64,000 nt of DNA from Macrostomum lignano (taxonomy: Eukaryota). Shown here in pieces: positions 11,420-23,345 of the stretch. The translations under genes and the position numbers were made by a program. The stretch's first letter is position 1. Each line of letters opens with the position of its first letter. The DNA lies in NCBI GenBank assembly GCA_002269645.1, contig NIVC01001378.1, positions 237,465 through 301,464 on the forward strand. The letters are read 5' to 3'. Under the pieces are notes generated by a model, which worked only from the letters and a program-made list of their open reading frames with translations, made no database searches and had not been told where the DNA came from.

Positions 11420-13168
11420 GAGAGAGGTCACAGGGGAGAGAGGTCACAGGGGAGAGAGGTCACAGGGGAGAGAGGCCACAGTGAAGAGAGGTTAAAGAGA
11501 AGGGAGGTCACAGGGGCGAGAGGTCACAGGGGAGGTCCCAGGGGAGAGAGGTCACAGGGGAGGTCACAGGGGAGAGAGGTCACAGGGGAGGTCACAGGGG
11601 AGAGAGGTCACAGGGGAGGTCACAGGGGAGAGAGGTCACAGGGGAGGTCACAGGGGAGAGAGGTCACAGGGGAGGTCACAGGGGAGAGAGGTCACAGGGG
11701 AGGTCCCAGGAGAGAGAGGTCACAGGGGAGGTCACAGGGGAGAGAGGTCACAGGGGAGGTCACAGGGGAGAGAGGTCACAGGGGAGGTCCCAGGGGAGAG
11801 AGGTCACAGGGGAGGTCACAGGGGAGAGAGGTCACAGGGGAGGTCACAGGGGAGAGAGGTCACAGGGGAGAGAGGTCACAGGGGAGAGAGGTCACAGGGG
11901 AGGTCACAGGGGAGAGAGGTCACAGGGGAGAGAGGTCACAGGGGAGAGAGGTCACAGGGGAGAGAGGTCACAGGGGAGAGAGGTCACAGGGAGAGAGGTC
12001 ACAGGGGAGAGAGGGGAGAGAGGTCACAGGGGAGAGAGGTCACAGTGAAGAGAGGTTAAAGAGAAGAGAGGTCACAGGGGAGAGAGGTCACAGGGAAAAG
12101 AGGTCAAAGGGGAGAGAGGTCACAGGGGAGAGAGGTCACAGGGGAGAGAGGTCACAGGGGAGAGAGGTCATAGTGAAGAGAGGTTAAAGAGAAGGGAGGT
12201 CACAGGGGCGAGAGGTCACAGGGGAGGTCCCAGGGGAGAGAGGTCACAGGGGAGGTCACAGGGGAGAGAGGTCACAGGGGAGGTCACAGGGGAGAGAGGT
12301 CACAGGGGAGGTCACAGGGGAGAGAAGTCACAGGGGAGGTCACAGGGGAGAGAGGTCACAGGGGAGGTCACAGGGGAGAGAGGTCACAGGGGAGGTCCCA
12401 GGGGAGAGAGGTCACAGGGGAGGTCACAGGGGAGAGAGGTCACAGGGGAGAGAGGTCACAGGGGAGAGAGGTCACAGGGGAGAGAGGTCACAGGGAGAGA
12501 GGTCACAGGGGAGAGAGGGGAGAGAGGTCACAGGGGAGAGAGGTCACAGTGAAGAGAGGTAAAAGAGAAGAGAGGTCACAGGGGAGAGAGGTCACAGGGA
12601 AAAGAGGTCAAAGGGGAGAGAGGTCACAGGGGAGGTCACAGGGGAGAGAGGTCACAGGGGAGAGAGGTCACAGGGGAGAGAGGTCACAGGGGAGAGAGGT
12701 CACAGTGAAGAGAGGTTAAAGAGAAGAGAGGTCACAGGGGAGAGAGGTCACAGTGAAGAGAGGTTAAAGAGAAGAGAGGTCACAGGGGAGAGAGGTCACA
12801 GGGGAGAGAGGTCACAGGGGAGAGAGGTCACAGTGAAGAGAGGTTAAAGAGAAGAGAGGTCACAGGGGAGAGAGGTCACAGTGAAGAGAGGTTAAAGAGA
12901 AGAGAGGTCACAGGGGAGAGAGGTCACAGGGAAAAGAGGTCAAAGGGGAGAGAGGTCACAGGGGAGGTCACAGGGGAGAGAGGTCACAGGGGAGAGAGGT
13001 CACAGGGGAGAGAGGTCACAGGGGAGAGAGGTCACAGTGAAGAGAGGTTAAAGAGAAGAGAGGTCACAGGGGAGAGAGGTCACAGTGAAGAGAGGTTAAA
13101 GAGAAGAGAGGTCACAGGGGAGAGAGGTCACAGGGGAGAGAGGTCACAGGGGAGAGAGGTCACAGGGG
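11420..13168. repeat. GA-rich 11/16-bp satellite with GGGG tracts
   Basis: Units gaggtcacagg and agaggtcacaggggag, with interspersed gtgaagagaggttaaagagaag variants. Confidence 0.97.
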
Positions 13169-13914
13169 ATAAGATGTGAGGATTTTATGTAAATGAGGCT
13201 AAACTGCACTCATTACGTACCCAAGGGTGAGTTGGAAGCATGACAATTTTAACTATTTAATAGTTACTAAGGCTATTTATCTAAGCCAAGTGCTATATAC
13301 TGTACTTGCGCAGTTAACGCGGCGTGATAGTCAGTCAAGCTTAAACAATTTTAGATGCTTCACAAGCAAAATAATTTGTTCTAATCGACATTTCGCACGC
13401 ACAGTTCTCGATTTTGTGCGCACTTGGCGACATAAAAAAGGCGTAACAGAGCCTAAGTAAACACGCCCCCGTAAGATGTACAAAACGCGTGCGCAGCAAC
13501 AGATTTTGATTTTACATTTCCTTTGGCGAATATTTTTATAAACAAATTTTCGTTTCAAGCTTGTATTGCATCAAACTGCGCTGCAGTCAGTCAGTCATTT
13601 CAGGAGAAACTTTAACATGTCTAGCTTAAAAATGTCGAAGTTTATTGGGGCAGCAGTTGGAACTTCGCGCAATGCACAGCACTAAATTGGTTGGAAGGGG
13701 TCGGGGGGCGGAGTTTTGAAATTCTAAACATTTTACTGATTTATTAGGGCTTAATTTTATTCTATGTAAGATAGTTTATAATCTATGACACTCTAAAATT
13801 AGTAGCTAAGAGTAATATTTAAATACTATATTCGCTAATCTTAATACCGTACCGTAGTCCATTCAAGGGCGGCATGTTTAAATTGAAAGTAAATTTGATG
13901 ATTTGATGATTTGA

Positions 13915-14937
13915 ACAGGTGACACTATCCTGTCTAACAGGTGACACTATCCTGTCTAACAGGTGACACTATCCTGTCTAACAGGTGACACTATCCTGTC
14001 TAACAGGTGACACTATCCTGTCTAACAGGTGACACTATCCTGTCTAACAGGTGACACTATCCTGTCTAACAGGTGACACTATCCTGTCTAACAGGTGACA
14101 CTATCCTGTCTAACAGGTGACACTATCATGTCTAACAGGTGACACTATTCTGTCTAACAGGTGACACTATCCTGTCTAACAGGTGACACTATCCTGTCTA
14201 ACAGGTGACACTATCCTGTCTATCAGGTGACACTGTCCTGTCTAACAGGTGACACTATCCGTTCTAACAGGTGACACTATCATGTCTAACAGGTGACACT
14301 ATCCTGTCTAACAGGTGACACTGTCCTGTCTAACAGGTGACACTATCCTGTCTAACAGGTGACACTATCCTGTCTAACAGGTGACACTGTCCTGTCTAAC
14401 AGGTGACACTATCCGTTCTAACAGGTGACACTATCATGTCTAACAGGTGACACTATCCTGTCTAACAGGTGACACTGTCCTGTCTAACAGGTGACACCAT
14501 CCTGTCTAATAGGTGGCACTATCCTATCTAACAGGTGGCACTATGCCACTATCCTATCTAACAGGTGACACTATCCTGTCTAACAGGTGACACTATCCTG
14601 TCTAACAGGTGACACTATCATGTCTAACAGGTGACACTATCCTGTCTAACAGGTGACACTATCCTGTCTAACAGGTGACACTATCCTGTCTAACAGGTGA
14701 CACTATCCTGTCTAACAGGTGACACTATCCTGTCTAACAGATGACACTATCCTGTCTAACAAGTGACACTGTCCTGTCTAACAGGTGACACTATCCTGTC
14801 TAACAGGTGACACTATCCTGTCTAACAAGTGACACTGTCCTGTCTAACAGGTGACACTATCCTGTCTAACAGGTGACACTATCCTGTCTAACAGGTGACA
14901 CTATCCTGTCTAACAGGTGACACTGTCCTGTCTAACA
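13915..14937. repeat. 22-bp satellite array (orientation B, reverse complement of 10143-10902)
   Basis: Unit gtgacactatcctgtctaacag, about 46 copies. Confidence 0.98.
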
Positions 14938-15038
14938 CTAATGCGCAATTTGTTTTCAATTGATGTTTCAAAGCTCGTACAGCAGCTGCTAAAATCTCAA
15001 TTTCATTTATATCTCCAAATCCGCTGTCACTGCCACAG

Positions 15039-15136
15039 GCTTGCAAATTTGGCTTCCCCGAATGCGCGACCTCGGTGGCTTACGACGAGGTGTTGGACAT
15101 TCTGGCTGTGGGCAGCAAAGCTGGAGAAATATTCGT
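15039..15136 (+). CDS. lgl: Lethal giant larvae homologue, coding exon 2
   Basis: ACKFGFPECATSVAYDEVLDILAVGSKAGEIFV matches Lgl [30 protein letters not shown]; ccacag acceptor, gtaagt donor. Confidence 0.9.
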
Positions 15137-15539
15137 GTAAGTTGTTGCTTTTCGATTTTTGCTGTAATGAAAAAACTACTGTTGAAGAGTCTGTTTGTTC
15201 TCTCAGTTTCTAACTTCCTGAATTTGTTTAAACGGAGGTTCGACTGCTTTTGATTATTCAATTTTTCCGCAAATTCTTGCAGCTGCGAGACTTTTTTTTA
15301 GCTTTTTTTCCTCAGCCTTACTGCGCAGAATTTCGTTTTTGAAATGATGATTTTGCCTCACTAAAAAGGGCCGCACGGCATCTGCTGTTCCCACCTTTCG
15401 TAATTTGTGTCCCAGGAGAATATGAAATCTTCTTTTTTGCGTACCTGGGAATCAAACTATGATTATTTTTCAATTATCTTTCTATAATGATTTTTTGTCA
15501 ATTTTTTCTTCTAATGTTCTTTGCTTCTCCTGCCGGCAG

Positions 15540-15621
15540 GTTCGGTGCCCCGGGAGTGGAATTCTATGCTTGTCACCCGGAGGTCGGCGAGGTCAACATG
15601 CTGGCGTTCCTGCCGAATGAG
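15540..15621 (+). CDS. lgl: Lethal giant larvae homologue, coding exon 3
   Basis: FGAPGVEFYACHPEVGEVNMLAFLPNE contains the Lgl GAPGVEF motif; ggcag acceptor, gtaagc donor; phases consistent. Confidence 0.92.
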
Positions 15622-15799
15622 GTAAGCTGATTAGATCGAGGGGGGAGACGGACGGTTGGCGGTTGAGTCATCTGTGGGGGTGGGGGGAGGGGGTGTATGG
15701 ACACCATGAACGAGCACCTGGACTGTCAAACGAAGGCGATGCCAAAAGTTTCCTATTAGTGGATGCTTTATTTTTTGCGACGTGAAATTTTGGTATTTT

Positions 15800-16030
15800 A
15801 AAATTTAGGTCCTTTGAAATTAAGGTCCTGTGAAGTTTAGGTCTTGTGAAGTTTAGGTATTTTGAAATTTAGGTCTTGTGAAGTTTAGGTCTTGTGAAGT
15901 TTAGGTCTTGTGAAGTTTAGGTCTTGCGAAGTTTAGGTCTTGTGAAGTTTAGGTCTTGCGAAGTTTAGGTCTTGTGAAGTTTAGGTCTTGCAATGAAGTT
16001 TATGTCTTGTGAAATTTACATCCTGTGAAA
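15800..16030. repeat. 16-bp minisatellite
   Basis: Unit ttaggtcttgtgaagt. Confidence 0.9.
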
Positions 16031-16669
16031 CCGCCTCAACAATAGATTTTACCAAGCAGAAGTAGTGGTAGCTTCAGCTTCAGCGATTTCAGATTTCAGA
16101 CAGAGGTCATTGCTTCGTTATTCTGTTTCGAAATCTCCTGGTAGCGACCCTCCCTCTCCTCCTGCCTCATCCAGGTGTCCTCAGCCTCTTATTACGGCTA
16201 TTGACTATATAATAGGGAAGAATATCTATAGAATATAATTTTCGTCTCCCAAAATGACTTGAGTGGCTCTTTAAACCATCGCTTTAGGGATTTGAGACGA
16301 GCAGCTTTTGAGTAGTTTCTCATGCTTTTCTCTATACTTACCTAATCTTATTGTGCTCCGCAGATCCCCCTGGGATGGAGCTTAGAAGTTATCTAACACA
16401 AGCTAGTGAAGTTGCATAATCCTTAGTCTTACATAGACTCAATAGCTATCGACAGTGAGCTCTCCAGCCCAGCAATGGAATTCGCTTGTTCCTGCTCTTA
16501 CATATCTTTATGTAAATTAAGCGTTGGTAGTTTGACAATCATCGTTTATTAATTAGCTCCGCAAATTTGTATAATATATTTGTCAATGATATGGACGGCA
16601 TATTGCACTGCCTGGCTGTGCTGTGGCACAAAAAGAAGTTATCAATCTTATAATGACCGGGTAATTAGC

Positions 16670-17285
16670 AGGTGTTAATATAAGGGGTCAGGTAAATTGA
16701 GGGTGCTAAGATAAGGAGTCATTAATTTTGGGGTGCCAGGATAAGGGGTCAGGTAAATTTGGGTGTTAAGATAAAGGGGTCAGGTAAATTAGGGTGTTAA
16801 GATAAAGGGGTCAGGTAAATTAGGTGGGTGCTAAGATAAGAGGTCAGATAAATTGCGAGGGGTGCTAAGATAAGAGGTCAGGTAAATCGGGGGGGGTGCT
16901 AAGATAAGACGTCAGGTAAATTGGGGGGGGGGTGCTAAGATAAGAGGTCAGGTAAATTGGGGGGTGCTAAGATAAGGGGTCAGGTAAATTGGGGGGTGCT
17001 AAGATAAGAGGTCAGGTAAATTGGGGGGGGTGCTAAGATAAGGGGTCAGTTAATTTCGGGGTGCTAAGATAAGAGGTCAGGTAAATTGCGGGGGGTGCTA
17101 AGATAAGAGGTCAGTTAATTTGGGGGTGCTAAGATAAGAGGTCAGGTAAATTGAGGGGGGGGGTGCTAGGATAAGAGGTCAGTTAATTTGGGGGTGCTAA
17201 GATAAGAGGTCAGGTAAATTACGGGGGGTGCTAAGATAAGGGGTCAGGTAAATTGAGGGGGTGCTAAGATAAGGAGTTAGGTAAA
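16670..17285. repeat. ~32-bp minisatellite with variable G tract
   Basis: Unit gctaagataagaggtcaggtaaattg(n)t, with variable-length G run. Confidence 0.93.
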
Positions 17286-18422
17286 ATGACGCAAAAATGC
17301 GTTTTATTAAACGGTTTTGACCCCAGTGTACAATATCATATACCGCAACCCGCCAGTCTGTGTGATCTGAAACAGAAAAATTGATAAATTTGCTGTTAAA
17401 AAACACCAGCTTGAATTCGTCACAGTTGGGGACAAATATGAATAATTAAATGTCTATCGAATTTTCAGAAAACTTTTTTTATTCCTTGAGGACCATCGCT
17501 GGTTTTTCCCGCCAGTTCGGTATTTCATGCTACCGAAGGGATCGAGTTTGGGATTCGACTGTTGAGGGGCTTTTTTGACTCGACTTGCCTCGCCCTTGGC
17601 CACTCGCTCGCTCTCGTTTCGGCATAACTAATGATCTCCATCCGAAACCTCTGTCTGACCTAGCCTCCCAGCCTCTCCCCCCATCATCCTGCCCATATAC
17701 ACAAATTCTCGGCCCCTGTAAGTCCGGTCTGTCCGTCTGTCCAGATGCCACCCCTGCCCCCACCCGGTTGGGACGAAAGAGCTAGGCGGAAAAATCGATG
17801 CCTAAAGCTACAACACCCCATCCCTCGATCCCTAAGAGCCCGCCAACCACCACAAAAAATACGGCCACTGGCCAAAAAGGCAACAACAGCAACGAAGCCA
17901 CTAATACATCCACCATTGCGCCCTTGGGATTTCACAGTAGAAAAAATTTATGTACACGCATAACCATAATAGGACGAGAAGGATGGATTAGGATTTGCTT
18001 AATTAATCCCAATGGCCGGAGTGCCAGCTGTAGAAACGGGATAACCTTCTCTCTCGCTCCGCTCGATACAAAAATTTTGTTGTTATCTCAGCTTCCCACA
18101 CAGTGCTTCTTTCTCTCTTCCCTGTTTACTCCCTCTGAGTCCCTCGAGTTCCCCACCCCCCCGCTCCACTCCTGATCTTCCCTTCCCGTCTTGGCACAGT
18201 CAGGCAGTCAGTCTCGTATATCTGCTCCAGTGATCACGGGTCTGACTGTGCCATTCTGACAGTATGATATACAGTGCTCAGGTTATTGCGTGCTCGCGTG
18301 CCCAGTCTGAAACTGGATCCAACCGGAGCCTGGATTCCTCGCCTCCTGTGTGATGAGCAATCGGAAATTACTTATAATACCGGATGCAGCCTTCGTCACA
18401 CCAGCTGCAGCGGCTAGGGTTG

Positions 18423-19630
<1,208 letters not shown>

Positions 19631-20180
19631 TAAGTTATCAAGACCCGTGAGTTCACACGCGGGCTACCAGCGCATGGCAGTTGCGCACTTGCATCCAGCA
19701 ACTCCCGGCAAGATCAAATGTCGCCCTTTATTCTTGCCGACAGCCGCGCACGCTTTAGCCTCTCTACGCTAAGCATTTAGCAAATTTATCATTATTATAT
19801 AAATAACTATTTCGATTTGACTCTTGGGAAAGAAAGAAAATTTATGATAATTTGGCTTGATGCCAAGCTATTTGTTTCATTTTGAACTATACGACAAAGA
19901 CTATTTAAATGCTAATTAAATTAAAAGTGCATCTTAGCACCCTAATTTGGCGTGTCTGTACTCCGTAAAGGATACAGATGAATAATTATAGTATTAATTT
20001 GGAATTTATAAGCAGTGAAAACAGTCAATTAACATTATTGGCCAGAGCCACTCAGTCACAAAGCTGGAATTGTAAATTGCTGGTTATAACAAATTACCTA
20101 ATTTTTAATTCAAAAACTTTATTGGCTCTAAATGTGGCTAGCTTGCTTTCATTTGTCATCATCATAAAAATAGGTCATGA

Positions 20181-21340
20181 AGCTACCTTTTCAGCAGGTC
20201 ATAAATCTCACCTTTTCGGCGGGTCATAAATCTCCCCTTTCGGCAGGTCATAAATCTCCCTTTTCAGCAAGTCATAAATCTCCCCTTTTCAGCAAGTCAT
20301 AAATCTCCCCTTTCGGCAGGTCATAAATCTCCCCTTTGGCAGGTCATCTCCTCTTTTGGCAGGTCATTAATCTCCCCCATTGGCAGGTCATAAACCTCTC
20401 TTTTCTTCAGGTCATAAATCTCCCCTTTCGGCAGGTCATAAATCTCCTCTTTCGGCAGGTCATAAATCTGAAATTTCGGCAGGTCATAAATCTCCTCTTT
20501 CGGCAGGTCATTAATCTCCTCTTTCTGCAGGTCATAAATCTCCCCTTTCGGCAGGTCATAAATCTCCCCTTTTGGCAGGTCATCTCCTCTTTTGGCAGGT
20601 CATCTCCTCTTTTGGCAGGTCATTAATCTCCCCTTTTGGCAGGTCATAAACCTCTCTTTTCTTCAGGTCATAAATCTCCCCTTTCGGCAGGTCATAAATC
20701 TCCTCTTTCGGCAGGTCATAAATCTGAAATTTCGGCAGGTCATAAATCTCCTCTTTCGGCAGGTCATAAATCTGCAATTTCGGCAGGTCATAAATCTCCC
20801 CTTTCGGCAGGTCATAAATCTCCCCTTTCGGCAGGTCATAAATCTCCCCTTTTGGCAGGTCATCTCCTCTTTTGGCAGGTCATAAATCTCCCCTTTCGGC
20901 AGGTCATAAATCTCCCCTTTCGGCAGGTCATAAATCTCCCCTTTTGGCAGGTCATCTCCTCTTTTGGCAGGTCATAAATCTCCCCTTTCGGCAGGTCATA
21001 AATCTCCTCTTTCGGCAGGTCATAAATCTGAAATTTCGGCAGGTCATAAATCTCCGCTTTCGGCAGGTCATAAATCTGCAATTTCGGCAGGTCATAAATC
21101 TCCCCTTTCGGCAGGTCATAAATCTCCCCTTTCGGCAGGTCATAAATCTCCCCTTTTGGCAGGTCATCTCCTCTTTTGGCAGGTCATTAATCTCCCCTTT
21201 TGGCAGGTCATAAACCTCTCTTTTCTTCAGGTCATAAATCTCCCCTTTCGGCAGGTCATAAATCTCCTCTTTCGGCAGGTCATAAATCTGAAATTTCGGC
21301 AGGTCATAAATCCGCAATTTCGGCAAGTCATAAATCTCCC
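20181..21340. repeat. 24-bp minisatellite abutting the Lgl exon 4 acceptor
   Basis: Unit gtcataaatctcccctttcggcag with shorter gtcatctcctcttttggcag variants, about 50 units. Confidence 0.97.
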
Positions 21341-21364
21341 CTCTCCCCTCATTGCTCCCACCAG

Positions 21365-21639
21365 GGCCGTCTCATCAGCTTGACCTCGGACAACCGGCTG
21401 CACAAGTGGGAGTTGAACGCGCCAGAAGGTGCCGATCAGCAGCAGTGGCGCATCGACCATGTCGCCGTTCTAGAGGTCGGACCGGCCGACGGATCCGACG
21501 GCCAACGCGTCACCTCTATCGCCGTGGCAACCAATGACGCCGTCTGGCTGGGCTACGAGAGCGGACGGATTCGCGTTGTCGACGTGAAGTCTTGGAAATT
21601 CGACCAGTTGGAAACCTCGGCAGAGATCATCTCCGAATT
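21365..21639 (+). CDS. lgl: Lethal giant larvae homologue, coding exon 4 (WD40 repeats)
   Basis: GRLISLTSDNRLHKWEL...VWLGYESGRIRVVDV matches Lgl GRLLSLLDDSSLHLWEI...LLLGTESGNV; ccaccag acceptor, gtgagt donor, 275 nt phase 0/2. Confidence 0.88.
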
Positions 21640-21975
21640 GTGAGTTGATGGGAAGCCGGTTGTTTGTGAATTGTTTCGCCTGTGAGTGTTGATTCAATTT
21701 TTTTATTTCTTTGTTTTCTGGGGTGTTTCTTCTTCAAGCCTTCAAGTTTTCTGTCTTTTTAATTAGATATTTTCGTTTTATTAAACAGAATTGGAATTTT
21801 CTACATTTAAATTGGGCTTTCCACGACTTTAAATAGAGTTTATTTGTTTTTATTGACTTTTTTCGTTTTTTAAAAGAATTTATTTCGTTTTCAAATAGAT
21901 TGCTTCGTTTTTTTCGTTTTTTATGAAATATTCGGGAGCACGACAATTTCCCGCAGCAAGGTTTTCCCGCAGGGT

Positions 21976-22166
21976 TTTTCCTGTCGAAATTTTAAGTCAA
22001 ATCCAGTCTATAGACTGCCTGGACTAGATTATAACTAGCCTAGACTAGACTAGCCTAGACTAGACTAGCCATAAACTAGACTAGATTAAAAACTTGACTA
22101 GATTACAACTAGACTAGACTAAATTTCAAATCCGATTGGATTTGACTTGAAATTCCGACAGGAAAA
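21976..22166. mobile_element. MITE-like / foldback hairpin (second copy at 23987-24177)
   Basis: 33-bp inverted arms 21976-22008 and 22134-22166 with 3 mismatches, enclosing ctaga repeats. Confidence 0.55.
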
Positions 22167-22999
22167 GCTCGCGCGGCCAAACCTTATAGACCCAAATATT
22201 CTTCGTTTTTCTTTACCTTTTTAGGGTTTTATCGTTCCTTTAACTGGGTTTTTTATTCCCAATAGCACTTAGTTTTGCTTTATTTTCATCAAACGCTGCT
22301 TGCTTCAATTTGGGGTTTCTTCATTCTAAAGTACGGGTGAATTTCGAAAAAAATGTCAAGGAAGTCACGCAATTCGGTGCTTGTTTATTTACTCATAGCT
22401 TCTTCCATCTTATTCTTTATTATTATATTCTCTCTTTTGGGTCAACTGATTCACACGCTCCCGCAGCTCGTATCATATCTATATATTTGCCAATCGCATT
22501 AATACTGACTAGCAGCTATATGAAGAATCTTCTCCATCTGTTCATCGTCATGCTTTCGGGGCGTTTCGCATCGCGCGCTGTTAATTGTTGCAGAGTTCTC
22601 CGCTTTCAGCGAATTTTCAAGCAGGCGGGAGCGCTCCGCTAACTTACTTAGATACAATAACTTTATCTTATGCGGGAGGCTGAACGCTAACCAGCTCTGG
22701 CCAAAGACCTGGTGGGCTGTCTGTTTATTCTAGAATTTCTCTCCTTGCCCCACACGTTCTGTAAAATATCTCTTTTTCTCTCTCCAACTTCGAACTTCGA
22801 CACTATGAACTACGCTCCTAGTTGCCAGTATTTGTTGCTTTCGCTCGGCTAAAAGTTCCCTTTTATGACAGCATATTTTCTGTGGTCTGCGAAGCCTCTC
22901 TATCCGGTCCTCTGGTCCGTTGAAACTTCGCAATCCCGCCCGCTCATGGTTTACGTCTCCTCTCAAATCTCTTTTCTCTAATCTACTCTCACTTCTCTT

Positions 23000-23345
23000 C
23001 ACCTCTCTTGTCTCTCTCTCTCCTCTCTCCTGTCTCCTCTCTTCTCTCTCCTCTCTCCTCTCTCCTGTCTCCTCTCTTCTCTTCTCTCTCCTACCTCCTC
23101 TCTCCTCCCTCCTCTCTTCAATCTCCTCTCTTCTCTTCTCTCTTCTGTCTCCTCTCTCCTCCCTCCTCTCTTCAATCTCCTCTCCCCTCTCTCCTCTCCC
23201 CTCCCCTCTCTCCTCTCTCCTCTCTCCTCTCTCCTCTCCTCTCTCCTCTCTCCTCTCTCCTCTCTCCTCTCTCCTCTCCTCTCTCCTCTCTCCTCTCTCC
23301 TCTCTCCTCTCTCCTCTCTCCTCTCCTCTCTTCTCTCCTTCTTTT
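23000..23345. repeat. CT-rich low-complexity tract (copy at 24560-25080)
   Basis: (ctctc)n-type repeats; source of the ERREER/LSSLLSP ORFs. Confidence 0.95.

Noticed and set aside
13614-13685. MSSLKMSKFIG... resembling the Lgl start MAKFI
   Set aside because: In-frame stop before any usable donor; the similarity is only five residues.
17598-17618. ttggccactcgctcgctc resembling the AAV ITR start
   Set aside because: Short partial match with no ITR palindrome or viral ORFs.
18350-18372. gtgatgag...ggaaa (hammerhead or C-box-like)
   Set aside because: Lacks the conserved C of CUGAUGA and has no D box CTGA at suitable distance.
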